A DNA stretch of 64,000 nucleotides from an uncultured Kiritimatiellota bacterium (GTDB lineage: Bacteria > Verrucomicrobiota > Kiritimatiellia > RFP12 > UBA1067), in NCBI GenBank assembly GCA_934667425.1, contig CAKULV010000002.1, positions 6,278-70,277 on the forward strand, in the 5' to 3' direction. Positions 1 to 9,777 of the stretch are shown here, one piece after another (the stretch's first letter is position 1; each line of letters opens with the position of its first letter). The position numbers and the translations under genes are program-made. Under the pieces are notes generated by a model. It saw nothing but the letters and a program-made list of their open reading frames with translations, did not search any database and was not told where the DNA came from.

Positions 1-657
1 GGGGTCTCTTCGGAAATAAAGGTCCGCACGTTCCCCGATGAGGATTGGACGCTGTCCTATCGGCTGCATTTCAAGACCACCGTGCTGTCCCCGCGCCTTG
101 CCATCGTTCCCGCATGGGAGAGCTACGAGCCGACGGAGGGGCAGAAGGTTGTCAGGATTGATCCGGGGATGGCGTTTGGCACCGGCAACCATGCGACGAC
201 GCGGGCCTGCCTTGAGTATGTGGCGGAATCCGGCGCAAGGACGTCGTTCCTTGATGTCGGGTGCGGAAGCGGGATACTCGCCGTTGCCGCGAAGCTTCTT
301 GGCTTTTCGGATGTGCGCGGCTTTGATATCGATGCCGACGCCGTGAAGGTCGCCAGGGAGACGGCCGCCGCCAACAAGGTGGACGTGGATTTCTTCCGTG
401 GCGACCTTTCCGGAATCATGAAGGATTGCCCGGATATAGCCCCGGCCGATCTTGTCGCGGCTAACGTGCTTGGCCCGGTGCTGATCCGCTTCGCAAGGCG
501 CATATCGTCCCTGGTGAACCCGGGCGGGAGCATAATCCTCTCTGGCATACTTGATGAGCTTTATCCCGAAGTGAAGTCCACATACGAGGGGTTCGGCTTC
601 ACTGAGCGGTCGTCGAAGATAGTCGGCGAGTGGCGCACTGGACTTTTTGTGCTATAA
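1..657 (+). CDS. prmA: ribosomal protein L11 methyltransferase, 5' end cut by window edge
   Basis: Frame 1 is open from base 1. The translation has IDPGMAFGTGNHATTRACLE, LDVGCGSGILAVAA and FDIDADAV, the typical PrmA SAM-methyltransferase motifs. Stop TAA at 655-657. Confidence 0.85.
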   Translation, partial: GVSSEIKVRTFPDEDWTLSYRLHFKTTVLSPRLAIVPAWESYEPTEGQKVVRIDPGMAFGTGNHATTRACLEYVAESGARTSFLDVGCGSGILAVAAKLLGFSDVRGFDIDADAVKVARETAAANKVDVDFFRGDLSGIMKDCPDIAPADLVAANVLGPVLIRFARRISSLVNPGGSIILSGILDELYPEVKSTYEGFGFTERSSKIVGEWRTGLFVL

Positions 658-667
658 TCGCGGCGTC

Positions 668-1141
668 ATGGATGTTTTCTGCTTGTTGCTTTCCTTCCTT
701 CTAATCCTGGCCGGCGTCATCGGGTGCGTGGTTCCGATGCTGCCGGGTCCGGCAATCGCATATTGCGGAGTGCTGGCGCTTCTGCCAACCAGGTTTGCGC
801 CGTCAACCACGGCCTGCATCGCTTTCGGCGTCGCGTGCGCTGTGGTGCTTGCCCTGGACTATGTCGTTCCGGCCTACGGGGCGAAACGGTTCAACTGTTC
901 GCGCATGGGCGTTGCCGGGTGCATGGCCGGCACATTCGTTGGCATGTTCTTCATGCCGTGGGGAGTGATCGCGGGGCCGTTCATCGGAGCGGTTGTCGGC
1001 GAGATCGCGGTGGGCAAGCGGTTCGCGGCCTCGCTTGTAGGCGGCATGGGCGTCTTGCTCGGGTTCCTGTGCGGGACTTTGCTCAAGGTCGTCTATTGCG
1101 CGGTATGTGCAGGTTGGTGCCTGGCCGTGCTTTGGAGGTAG
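668..1141 (+). CDS. small polytopic membrane protein (DUF456-like)
   Basis: ATG at 668 (MDVFCLLLSFLLILAGVIGCVVPMLPGP...). The protein is about 157 aa with 3-4 hydrophobic helices and Gly-rich segments. Family assignment is from memory only. Confidence 0.5.
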   Translation: MDVFCLLLSFLLILAGVIGCVVPMLPGPAIAYCGVLALLPTRFAPSTTACIAFGVACAVVLALDYVVPAYGAKRFNCSRMGVAGCMAGTFVGMFFMPWGVIAGPFIGAVVGEIAVGKRFAASLVGGMGVLLGFLCGTLLKVVYCAVCAGWCLAVLWR

Positions 1142-1146
1142 CGCGC

Positions 1147-2457
1147 ATGGAGAATGTCGAGCAGCATCGCCGCGTCGCGGCGGATGGGCCAGGAGACGGC
1201 CTTGTCCTGTGCGGATGCCGCATGCTGCTCCCGGATCGTACGGTCGGAGACGGCGACATCCTCATCGAGAATGGGGTGATAGCGCGGATCGGCCATGGAC
1301 TTGCGGACTTTGGCCGCGCGGTCAGGCATCTGCATGGAGCGCTTGTCATGCCAGGCCTCGTGAACGCGCATGGGCATACGGCGATGACGCTCCTGCGCGG
1401 CGTTGGCGGCGGATTGCCCCTCGGCCGCTGGCTTCAAGAGGCGATTTTCCCGGTGGAGGCGAGGCTGACCCAGGCCGACGTGGAGGCCGGAGTCCGATGG
1501 GGCGTGGCGGAGATGCTTGCGGGCGGGACCGTGTGCGTTGCGGACATGTATGATTTCGCCGACGTGGGAGGGAGGGTGTTTGACGGCGCTGGATTCAAGG
1601 CGAACATCTGCTGCGTGGGCCGGAATGCGCCGGGGCGGCTGAGGGAATGCATCGATTTCACCCGCCATTGGGGGAAGGGGACGCATGGCGGCATTGCCGT
1701 GGATCTGTGCATACACTCCGAGTACCTTACCGACGAGCCGTTCTGCCGGGACCTTGCGGCCGCGAACCGCGACATGAGGCGTCCGCTCCACGTGCACGTG
1801 TCGGAGACGAAGCGAGAACACGAGGAGTGCATCGCCCGCCACGGGAAGACGCCGATCGCGTATCTGGCCGACGTGGGGCTTCTCGACCATGGGGGATATG
1901 CCGCGCACTGCGTGTGGGCGACGGACGACGATTTCAGGATCATGCGGGACCATGGCGTGTCGCTCGTACACAATCCCACGAGCAACATGAAGCTCGGCAG
2001 CGGCTTCGCCCGCATTGAGGCGGCAAAGGCCATCGGAGTGAACGTTGCGCTTGGGACCGACGGATGCGCGTCCAACGACAACCTCAACCTTTTCGAGGAG
2101 ATGCACCTTGCCGCCCTCGTCCACAAGGGGCTTGCGCACGATCCAACGGTGCTGTCCGCATGGGACATCGTGGAAATGGCTACGTCCAACGGTGCGAATG
2201 CACTTGGAAGATGCGATTCCGGCTCGCTGGCGGAGGGGAAGCGCGCCGACCTTTGCGTAGTGGATCTCGACAGGCCTCACCTTGCGCCCGCAGACGACAT
2301 CCCGAACCTGCTCGTCTACAGCGCACAGGCCTCCGATGTCATAATGACCATCGTTGACGGTAGCATACTGTTCGATGGGGGACAGTACCCGACCATCGAC
2401 GTGGAGAAGGCGAAGGCGGATTTCCTCGCCTCAAGCCGGCGGATAAGGCCGCGTTGA
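1147..2457 (+). CDS. mtaD: amidohydrolase, 5-methylthioadenosine/S-adenosylhomocysteine deaminase-like
   Basis: Internal ATG of ORF 724..2457. Motifs include PGLVNAHGHTAMTLLRG, LxxWLxxxIFPxE, HVHVSET and GTDGCASNDNLNLFEEM, the metal-dependent hydrolase signature shared with MtaD and guanine deaminases. Confidence 0.7.
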   Translation: MENVEQHRRVAADGPGDGLVLCGCRMLLPDRTVGDGDILIENGVIARIGHGLADFGRAVRHLHGALVMPGLVNAHGHTAMTLLRGVGGGLPLGRWLQEAIFPVEARLTQADVEAGVRWGVAEMLAGGTVCVADMYDFADVGGRVFDGAGFKANICCVGRNAPGRLRECIDFTRHWGKGTHGGIAVDLCIHSEYLTDEPFCRDLAAANRDMRRPLHVHVSETKREHEECIARHGKTPIAYLADVGLLDHGGYAAHCVWATDDDFRIMRDHGVSLVHNPTSNMKLGSGFARIEAAKAIGVNVALGTDGCASNDNLNLFEEMHLAALVHKGLAHDPTVLSAWDIVEMATSNGANALGRCDSGSLAEGKRADLCVVDLDRPHLAPADDIPNLLVYSAQASDVIMTIVDGSILFDGGQYPTIDVEKAKADFLASSRRIRPR

Positions 2458-2498
2458 CGGTCGGCCTGTGCAGTGCATTCCGCGGCCTCGGGCAAAAG

Positions 2499-2507
2499 TG
2501 GTATACT
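2499..2507 (+). promoter_or_regulatory. extended -10 promoter element TGgTATACT upstream of buk
   Basis: The match to TGnTATAAT was read directly. It lies 46 nt upstream of the buk ATG. Confidence 0.4.
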
Positions 2508-2553
2508 ACCCGCCCATGCCGCACAACAGCGGAGGCAAAATCGCATAACAACC

Positions 2554-3660
2554 ATGGCAAAGAGAATATTGGTCATAAACCCAGGGTCGACGTCGACCAA
2601 GGCAAGTCTGTTCGAGGATAGGGACGTAAAGTTCGAGAAGAACGTCTTTCACGATTCTTCCGTCCTCCTTAAGTTCGCGCACGTGAACGACCAGCTCCAG
2701 TTCCGCTACGACCTGATCGTCTCGCAATTGAGGGAAAGCGGCGTGTCGCCCGATTCCATAGACGCATTCGTCGGCCGTGGCGGCAGCGCGTGCACCCAGC
2801 CTGGCGGCATCACGGTCATCGACCGGAAGCTTTACGACGACACGGTCGCCGGCGTGGGCGGCTCTGAACATCCCGCGAAGCTTGGCGTGATGCTCGCATG
2901 GCGGTTCGCGCAGGAGTACGGCAAGCCTGCCTACACCCTCAACCCCACGAACGTCGACGAATACGGCGAACTCGCCCGCCTCACGGGAATCAAGGGCGTC
3001 TACCGTACGCCCCATTCGCACGTGCTCAACCAGAAGGCCGTGGCCGAACACCATGCCGAGAGGATCGGCCGCCGCTATGAGGACTGCAATTTCATCGTGG
3101 CGCACATCGATGGCGGCATTACCGTTGGCGCACACGACCACGGGCGCATGGTGGACGGCAACATGGGGGCCGATGGCGAAGGGGCCTTCACGCCCACGCG
3201 CATCGGCTCCGTGCCGGTCATGCAGGTTCTCGACTACATCGAGTCCCATTCCATCGAAGACGTGCGCCTGCGCTGTTCGCGCGCAGGCGGCTTCGTCGAT
3301 CTCTTCGGCACGTCAAACTCCGACACGATCCATGCGATGGTCGACGCCGGCGACAGGAAGGCGACGCTCGTATGGAACACCATGATCTACCAGGTGTGCA
3401 AGATGATCGGAGAGATGGGCGCGGTCCTGTGCGGCAAGGTCGATGCGATCCTGCTGACGGGAGGCCTTCTGCGCTTTCCGGACGTCATCGAGGGGATCCG
3501 CCGCCGCTGTGGCTTCATAGCCCCGATAGAGACCTATCCGGGCGAGATGGAGCAGGAGGCGATGGCGTATCCGGCGCTGCGTGTACTGAACGGCGAGATT
3601 GAGCCGCGCCGCTACCAGGGACGCAACGTCTGGAACGGCTTCGGAGACATCGACCTCTGA
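2554..3660 (+). CDS. buk: butyrate kinase
   Basis: MAKRILVINPGSTSTKASLFED... is an ASKHA acetate/butyrate kinase N-terminus. At about 368 aa, the length and motifs fit Buk. Confidence 0.85.
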   Translation: MAKRILVINPGSTSTKASLFEDRDVKFEKNVFHDSSVLLKFAHVNDQLQFRYDLIVSQLRESGVSPDSIDAFVGRGGSACTQPGGITVIDRKLYDDTVAGVGGSEHPAKLGVMLAWRFAQEYGKPAYTLNPTNVDEYGELARLTGIKGVYRTPHSHVLNQKAVAEHHAERIGRRYEDCNFIVAHIDGGITVGAHDHGRMVDGNMGADGEGAFTPTRIGSVPVMQVLDYIESHSIEDVRLRCSRAGGFVDLFGTSNSDTIHAMVDAGDRKATLVWNTMIYQVCKMIGEMGAVLCGKVDAILLTGGLLRFPDVIEGIRRRCGFIAPIETYPGEMEQEAMAYPALRVLNGEIEPRRYQGRNVWNGFGDIDL

Positions 3661-3748
3661 TGCCGCGGGGGGCCGTCCTCCGGCCTCTGCAAGTTGCCTG
3701 TCGCCGGCGGGAGGGACGCGATTCATTTCGTCCATGTTCGCTCGGCAC

Positions 3749-3777
3749 TTGACTTGCGCCGCGCATTATGGTTTAAT
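3749..3777 (+). promoter_or_regulatory. sigma70-type promoter of rplM-rpsI (TTGACT-17-TTTAAT, with TGg extension)
   Basis: TTGACT at 3749-3754, a 17-nt spacer, and TTTAAT at 3772-3777 preceded by TGG. Confidence 0.55.
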
Positions 3778-3875
3778 ACCCACTTCAAGTCTCATCGGGT
3801 GATGAAGTCGGTGAGACCGCAGGAACGGACAAAACCCCGGTTGGGGACAAAGCCACAAACAAAAGGAAAAAGATA

Positions 3876-4310
3876 ATGCTGCAGAAATCTACTCGCGGCC
3901 AGAACCCCGGCGACAACCGGAAGTGGTATCTGGTGGACGCGAAGGATCAGGTACTCGGCCGTATTGCCGTGCTGATCGCGAACAAACTCCGTGCGAAAGA
4001 CTCCCCGCGTTTCGATCCTTCGGTGGATCAGGGTGCTTTCGTGGTGGTGATCAACGCCGCCCAGGTGAAGCTCACCGGCAAGAAGGAGTCCCAGAAGGAC
4101 TACCAGCGCTATTCAGGGTATCGTGACGGACTCAAGCACTTCACGGCCGCCGAGATGCGCGCCACGCATCCCGACCGCATGATCAAGGAGGCTGTGTGGG
4201 GGATGCTTCCCAAGAACAACATTGCGCGCAAGATGATGACGCGCGTCAAGGTGTTTGCCGGCCCGGAGCATACGCACGCCGCGCAGAAGCCTGAAACAAT
4301 CACACTCTAA
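3876..4310 (+). CDS. rplM: 50S ribosomal protein L13
   Basis: WYLVDAKDQVLGRIAVLIANKLRAK... is the canonical L13 sequence. An AG-rich RBS lies upstream. Confidence 0.95.
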   Translation: MLQKSTRGQNPGDNRKWYLVDAKDQVLGRIAVLIANKLRAKDSPRFDPSVDQGAFVVVINAAQVKLTGKKESQKDYQRYSGYRDGLKHFTAAEMRATHPDRMIKEAVWGMLPKNNIARKMMTRVKVFAGPEHTHAAQKPETITL

Positions 4311-4324
4311 GGGGTCGAGAAGCT

Positions 4325-4726
4325 ATGGCTAACAAGAAGGTAATTTCGGCCGGCACCGGCCGCCGCAAAACCGCCGTCGCGCGCGTTACGCTCGTCGAGG
4401 GCAAGGGAGAGTGGACTGTAAACCGCGAGCCGCTTGAGGCGTACATCACGTCCGAGGCGCTCCGCGACTATCTGAAGCAGCCGATCGCGATTTCCGGCTA
4501 CGATCTTTCCTCGACCGACGTCGTGGTGTTCGCGAAGGGCGGCGGCGTGTCCGGCCAGGCCGGCGCGATCCGTCATGGCCTTGCGCGCGCCCTTGTGGCG
4601 GCGGATGCCAATCTGCGCGCCGCGCTCAAGAAGGCCGGCTGCATGACGCGCGACAGCCGCATGAAGGAACGCAAGAAACCCGGCCAGCCGGGTGCACGCA
4701 AGCGCTTCCAGTTCTCGAAGCGTTAA
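4325..4726 (+). CDS. rpsI: 30S ribosomal protein S9
   Basis: GTGRRKTAVARV...GGGVSGQAGAIRHGLARAL...PGARKRFQFSKR is the canonical S9 sequence, in the conserved rplM-rpsI order. Confidence 0.95.
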   Translation: MANKKVISAGTGRRKTAVARVTLVEGKGEWTVNREPLEAYITSEALRDYLKQPIAISGYDLSSTDVVVFAKGGGVSGQAGAIRHGLARALVAADANLRAALKKAGCMTRDSRMKERKKPGQPGARKRFQFSKR

Positions 4727-4819
4727 TGCTCAGGCCGGCGGCTGGCAGATTGCGGGGCGCTTGCCATTGCGGTGTGTCCCCGTCTGCCATTCGCCGTCTG
4801 TCAATTTCAAGTTACGTAT

Positions 4820-6796
4820 ATGGCATTTGGTTTTATCGGAAAGCTGCTGTCCAAGCTTACGGGGAAGGATGGTGCACCTCGTTCCCGCAAAGGTCAGGAT
4901 GGTCAGGCGGGTAACGGTCGCGGGAAGCGTGGCAAGAGGGGGCGGCACGGCAAGAATGGCTCCGAGCGGCCCAAGGATAAGGATGCTTCCTCGCAATCCC
5001 GCAGCCAGCAGCAGCGCAAGCCACAGCAGAAGGGCGTCCGTGGCTCGGAATGCTCTGCCGATGATGGGCAGGGGCGTCGCGGTCGTGGCGGCGACAGGCG
5101 TCGCAGGGACGGGCAGCGCACGGATCGCCGCCGTCAGGATGGACGCGATGGATTTGGCTCGCGGAAAGGCGGCGCACGCGGAAAGCCGATCCCGATGGAC
5201 ACTGCGCCGAACGAGATGCGTCCTGGCGGAGAGGTGTCTGCCGAGGAGCGCAAGAGGCGGCAGGATCTTCATGCCGCGTGGTCTGTCGATCAGTTTGCCG
5301 TGGCTCCGGCGGAGGGGAAGAAACGTTTCCACGATTTCGATCTTCCGGCGGAGGTCATGCATGGCATAGCGGATCTTGGCTTCCAGTATTGCACCGAGAT
5401 CCAGGCGCTGTCGCTGCAGAATGCGCTTGACGGAAAGAACATCGCCGGCAAGGCGCAGACGGGATCCGGCAAGACCGCCGCGTTCCTCGTCGCGATCCTT
5501 ACGCGCTACTTGCGCACTCCAGACCTCCGGTCCAAGAAGAACGGATGCCCGCGGGCTCTCGTCATAGCCCCGACACGCGAGCTTGTGATACAGATCTGCA
5601 AGGATGCCGATGCGATCGGCAAGTACTGCGACCTGCGTTCGCTTGCCGTCTACGGCGGCATGGATTACGACAGGCAGAAGCGCGAGCTGCAGGAGTCCCC
5701 GATAGACCTGCTCGTGGCCACCCCCGGTCGTCTCCTTGACTTCTGCAACCAGCACGTGATCGACCTCAACAAGGTGGATACGCTCGTCATCGACGAGGCG
5801 GACCGCATGCTCGACATGGGCTTCATACCCGATGTCCGCCGCATAATGGGCCGGCTTCCCACCAAGGACAAGCGCGCGACGATGCTATATTCCGCCACGC
5901 TTTCCGACAGCGTCATGGAGCTCGCCTCCCAGTGGATGGAAGAGCCTGTGCGCGCAGAGGTCAGCAGCGAGCATAACGCCACGGATACGGTAAGGCAGAT
6001 CGTATATGTGATTCGTGCCGAGGATAAGTTCAAGGTCCTGTACAACCACATAGCCCTGCATCCCGACGCGAGGGCGATAGTGTTCTGCAACCGCAAGTCG
6101 ACTACGGAGGACGTGTACGAATCGCTGAAGCGCAGGGGCGTGTCGTGCGAGATGCTTTCCGGCGACGTGAACCAGAACCGTCGCCTCAAGACGCTTGAGG
6201 ACTTCCGCAACGGCAAGGTGAAGATCGTCATCGCAACGGATGTCGCAGGGCGCGGAATACATGTGGACGACATCGAATACGTGATCAACTTCGATTTCCC
6301 GTACGAGCCGGACGACTATGTGCATCGCATAGGGCGCACAGGCCGGGCCGGGAACACGGGCATAGCGATTTCGTTCGCCGACGAGGATGAGTCGTTCGCC
6401 ATCCCCGAGATCGAGGAATACATAAACGAGCCGCTTAAGTGCACTCTCCTGCAGGAGGACGATCCGCTTCTCAAGCCGCTCGAGAAGCTTGCCCGCGGGC
6501 AGCGGTCCGAGCTCAAGCCGGTGGACGAGGCGGCGAAGGCGGAGGTCGACGCGCGCGAAGCGGTCACGAAAGAGCAGATCGACGCGGCAGCCGCGCTTGT
6601 TGGCATACGCGACGGAATGATCGTCAGGAACGCCGCCGGCAAGGAGGGCATCGTGGCGATGGACGAGAATGCCCCGCTCCAGCGCAAGATGCCGACCTTC
6701 GAGAAGGCTCTTGAGCCGAAGAAGGTGGTGGACGAATCGGATGCGTATATCAAGTCGGTGGACCAGAAGGATCATTTCGAGGAATGGTCTGTCTGA
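4820..6796 (+). CDS. DEAD-box ATP-dependent RNA helicase with Arg/Gly/Lys/Gln-rich N-terminal extension
   Basis: Q motif (FQYCTEIQ), AQTGSGKT, PTRELV, DEAD (VIDEADRMLDMGF), SAT, ARGIH and HRIGRTGRAG are all present. Start placed at the ATG at 4820 (MAFGFIGKLL). Confidence 0.85.
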   Translation: MAFGFIGKLLSKLTGKDGAPRSRKGQDGQAGNGRGKRGKRGRHGKNGSERPKDKDASSQSRSQQQRKPQQKGVRGSECSADDGQGRRGRGGDRRRRDGQRTDRRRQDGRDGFGSRKGGARGKPIPMDTAPNEMRPGGEVSAEERKRRQDLHAAWSVDQFAVAPAEGKKRFHDFDLPAEVMHGIADLGFQYCTEIQALSLQNALDGKNIAGKAQTGSGKTAAFLVAILTRYLRTPDLRSKKNGCPRALVIAPTRELVIQICKDADAIGKYCDLRSLAVYGGMDYDRQKRELQESPIDLLVATPGRLLDFCNQHVIDLNKVDTLVIDEADRMLDMGFIPDVRRIMGRLPTKDKRATMLYSATLSDSVMELASQWMEEPVRAEVSSEHNATDTVRQIVYVIRAEDKFKVLYNHIALHPDARAIVFCNRKSTTEDVYESLKRRGVSCEMLSGDVNQNRRLKTLEDFRNGKVKIVIATDVAGRGIHVDDIEYVINFDFPYEPDDYVHRIGRTGRAGNTGIAISFADEDESFAIPEIEEYINEPLKCTLLQEDDPLLKPLEKLARGQRSELKPVDEAAKAEVDAREAVTKEQIDAAAALVGIRDGMIVRNAAGKEGIVAMDENAPLQRKMPTFEKALEPKKVVDESDAYIKSVDQKDHFEEWSV

Positions 6797-6826
6797 CCAT
6801 CGGGTACGGCAACATCGGCGGCTCCT

Positions 6827-8617
6827 TTGAATACACTCTTCGAGGCGTTCAAGTTCAACCGTGACAATCGCCCTGATGCCACGGCGTTCTTGATTTCCTC
6901 CGGAGACCGCTCGATTCCCGTAAAGTGGGCGCAGTTCGCCGATGACATTTCGGCCGTCGCGTGGGTGATCCGCAAGTATGCTCCGGGAGGGACGATAGGT
7001 CTTCTCGGAGAGAATTCCTGCGAGTGGATCACGGCGCATGCCGCCTGCGTGTTTTCAGGGGCGACGGTCGTGCCGATAGAGGTGACGCAGTCGGCTCCGG
7101 AGATCGCCGAGAGGCTTCGCTTCACCGGGGCTGTCGCGCTGATCCATTCCGCGCTCTATACCGAAAAGGCCAATGACGTGAAGCGTCTGCTCCCGGGACT
7201 CGTCATCGGCGGATTTGGCTCCCGGCGCACCGATTTCTTCATAGACAAGGGGCGTCGGGCGATAGCCGATGGAGAGTGCGGTCTGTTCGACGGGCCTCCG
7301 CCGGACGAAGACCGCACGTCCATGATCGTGTTCACGAGCGGAACCACCTCGAAGCCGCATGGCGCGGAGCTTACGCTCAGGGGAATGCAGACATTCGTGG
7401 AGTTCGCGCAGCGCCAGCTCAGGATGAAGTTTGGCGACCGTTCCCTGATGGTGCTTCCGCTCCACCACATATTCGGCATATGCACAACGTATCTGATGCT
7501 CGCGCAGGGCGTTGCGCTTGGCGTATGCCCGGATTTCCGCCGGCTTTACGACACCGTTGAGCGATTCCGCGTAAACTACATCTTTCTCGTGCCGGCCCTT
7601 GCTGGAATCCTGGCGGAAAAGATCGCCCAGAGGGCTGCATCCGCCGAGGAGGCGTTCGGCTCTCCGATAGACTGGATACTCGTTGGAGGGGCGCCGCTGT
7701 CGCGGAGGGTCTACGAAAATCTGCGGGCGCTTGGCATCAAGCCGCTTGGCGGCTATGGGCTTACGGAGACGACTTCCCTGTATTCCCTCGCCCCCATTGA
7801 CGACGACCCGCGTGTCGGCAGCGCAGGAAAGGTGTGCGACACCCCGGGCGTGGAGACGAAGGTCTCGCCGGATGGCATGCTGATGATGCGAGGGCCTAAC
7901 GTCCTCAAGGGATATTACCGCGATCCGGAACATACGAGCAAGGCGCTGTCTCCCGATGGCTGGTTCAGCACTGGCGACGTTGGGCGCATAGACGAAGACG
8001 GCTATGTCTGGATTACGGGACGAGCCTCGCGGACTATCGTTCTCTCGTCCGGCAAGAAAGTCGCGCCGGAGGAGCTTGAGGAAAGGATACTTGCCCTGCC
8101 GGGCATACGGGAGGTCGTGGTGTCCGGAGACGGCGAAAGACGGGAGATCAGGGCCGAGATATTTGCCTCCATAACCGATGCCGCAGTCAGGCGCGAGGTC
8201 AACGAGCTTAATTCGCGGTTGCCCGTGTACAAGCGCATAAAGACGGTATTCGTTCGCCTAGAGCCTTTCCCGAGGACTGCTTCCGGCAAAATATGCCTGC
8301 ATCCCGGCAAGGGGGTGGCACCGCACGGGAAAGACGCAGGAACGCCGCCCCCGGCCACCGGCAGGAGGCGCAAGCTCCTGGCTCAGCCTTCTCCTATGCG
8401 GGGAGGGAGGCTTCGCTTCCTTTTCGTGCTTGCCCTTGCCGCCTCCGCCATCGCAGTAGCGGCCCTTGGCCTCGTGCCGCTCATACTGCGGCATTATGAG
8501 GTGGACTGCCCGGCCCGGATGGAATCGTTCTTCGAATACATCGATCTCGCGGGGGAAATCCTTCTCGGACTGTTTGCGCTGCTCGTCGTGTTTTGGTTTA
8601 GGGAGCGCGGCAAGTGA
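6827..8617 (+). CDS. AMP-dependent acyl-CoA ligase (long-chain-fatty-acid-CoA-ligase-like) with C-terminal two-helix membrane tail
   Basis: TTG start. FTSGTTSKPHGA, GYGLTETTS and GWFSTGDVGRIDEDGYVWITGR are AMP-binding motifs. The last ~80 aa contain two hydrophobic helices. Confidence 0.8.
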   Translation: MNTLFEAFKFNRDNRPDATAFLISSGDRSIPVKWAQFADDISAVAWVIRKYAPGGTIGLLGENSCEWITAHAACVFSGATVVPIEVTQSAPEIAERLRFTGAVALIHSALYTEKANDVKRLLPGLVIGGFGSRRTDFFIDKGRRAIADGECGLFDGPPPDEDRTSMIVFTSGTTSKPHGAELTLRGMQTFVEFAQRQLRMKFGDRSLMVLPLHHIFGICTTYLMLAQGVALGVCPDFRRLYDTVERFRVNYIFLVPALAGILAEKIAQRAASAEEAFGSPIDWILVGGAPLSRRVYENLRALGIKPLGGYGLTETTSLYSLAPIDDDPRVGSAGKVCDTPGVETKVSPDGMLMMRGPNVLKGYYRDPEHTSKALSPDGWFSTGDVGRIDEDGYVWITGRASRTIVLSSGKKVAPEELEERILALPGIREVVVSGDGERREIRAEIFASITDAAVRREVNELNSRLPVYKRIKTVFVRLEPFPRTASGKICLHPGKGVAPHGKDAGTPPPATGRRRKLLAQPSPMRGGRLRFLFVLALAASAIAVAALGLVPLILRHYEVDCPARMESFFEYIDLAGEILLGLFALLVVFWFRERGK

Positions 8618-9777
8618 AGACGCTGCAGCTGGTTCCTGCCATGGAGCAGGGTGGCGTGGAAAGGGGCGTCGTCGAGGTGAATCGAGCCCTTGTCGCCGCA
8701 GGGTGGGAAAATGTGGTCGTCTCATCCGGCGGCAGACTCGTGGAGCAGATCGCGGCGGAGGGCGGGCGCCACATCGAGATGGACGTCAAATCGAAGAATC
8801 CGCTTACCTGCGTATCGAGGGCGTTGAGGCTGCGCAGGATACTTTCCTCTGAACGTCCGGATGTGGTATGCGCCCATTCAAGGGTGCCTGCGTGGCTTTT
8901 CGTGATGGCAAGCCGTGGGCTGGGCCTGAAGTGGATGACCTTTGCGCATGGAGCGAATTCCGTATCCTGGTACTCCAGGGTCATGACGTTCGGCGATCTC
9001 GTTGTGACGCCGTCGCGATTCATCGCCGATTATCTCAAGGAGAATTACGGGCTTCCCGACGAGCGCATCCGGGTGATACCGAGGGCCATCGACAGAAGGA
9101 AGTTTGACGTTGAAGGCCTTGACGGCGACTTCATTGCCACGAAGCGGAAGGAATGGGGCGTAGACGGGAAGTTCGTGGTCATGGGGGTCGGTCGCATCAC
9201 CCAGCTGAAGGGCTACGACATGCTGATCCGCGCGGTAGTCAAGGCGAATGCGATCGCCATGTCCGAGGCTTCTTCTGATCCGCATGGAATAAAGCCGTTC
9301 AAGCTTGTGATCGTCGGCGAAGCCGAGCAGGCCCGGAAGGGCGTTGAGGATGGCCTGCATGCGCTCGTCGAGTCCCTTGCGGCCAATGGCGATGTCGTGT
9401 TTGCCGGCAACCAGAGGAAGATCGCGGAGTGCGTCTCGATGGCGAATGTGGTAGTGTCGTCCAATACGCGCAAGCCAGAGGCGTTCGGCCGCTCCATGGC
9501 GGAGTCTATCGCGATGGGTACGCCTGTCGTCGCAAAGGGGTTCGGCGGCGCATTGGACATAGTGGAGGATGGCGTGAACGGAGTCCTCGTCCCGTCCGGT
9601 GTCGATTGCGGTGACGAGAGCGACGCATTCGCGGAGGCGATAGTCAAGGTGTCGCGCATGAGGTTCGGGGATTTGCGGTCGGCGGCGCTGAAGAAGTTCT
9701 CGTTCGATCTCATGATCGAGCGAACGATGGCCGCATACAGTGAGCTGGCGGGGCCGGACGGAAGCCGTTCCACTTGA
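8614..9777 (+). CDS. glycosyltransferase family 4 (GT-B)
   Basis: The GTG start overlaps the upstream stop (GTGA). EQGGVERGV at the N-terminus and EAFGRSMAESIAMGTPVV...GVNGVLV (E-x7-E) at the C-terminus. Confidence 0.8.
   Translation: MKTLQLVPAMEQGGVERGVVEVNRALVAAGWENVVVSSGGRLVEQIAAEGGRHIEMDVKSKNPLTCVSRALRLRRILSSERPDVVCAHSRVPAWLFVMASRGLGLKWMTFAHGANSVSWYSRVMTFGDLVVTPSRFIADYLKENYGLPDERIRVIPRAIDRRKFDVEGLDGDFIATKRKEWGVDGKFVVMGVGRITQLKGYDMLIRAVVKANAIAMSEASSDPHGIKPFKLVIVGEAEQARKGVEDGLHALVESLAANGDVVFAGNQRKIAECVSMANVVVSSNTRKPEAFGRSMAESIAMGTPVVAKGFGGALDIVEDGVNGVLVPSGVDCGDESDAFAEAIVKVSRMRFGDLRSAALKKFSFDLMIERTMAAYSELAGPDGSRST

Noticed and set aside
724-1146. N-terminal 141 codons of ORF 724..2457
   Set aside because: This stretch overlaps the DUF456-like membrane protein in another frame. 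Amidohydrolase homology only begins at the ATG at 1147 (MENVEQH...).
4692-5755. Overlapping ORFs 4692..5369 (+) and 4730..5755 (-) in the helicase 5' region
   Set aside because: They are products of the repetitive GC-rich Arg/Gly-coding sequence. The helicase frame continues directly into canonical Q and Walker A motifs.
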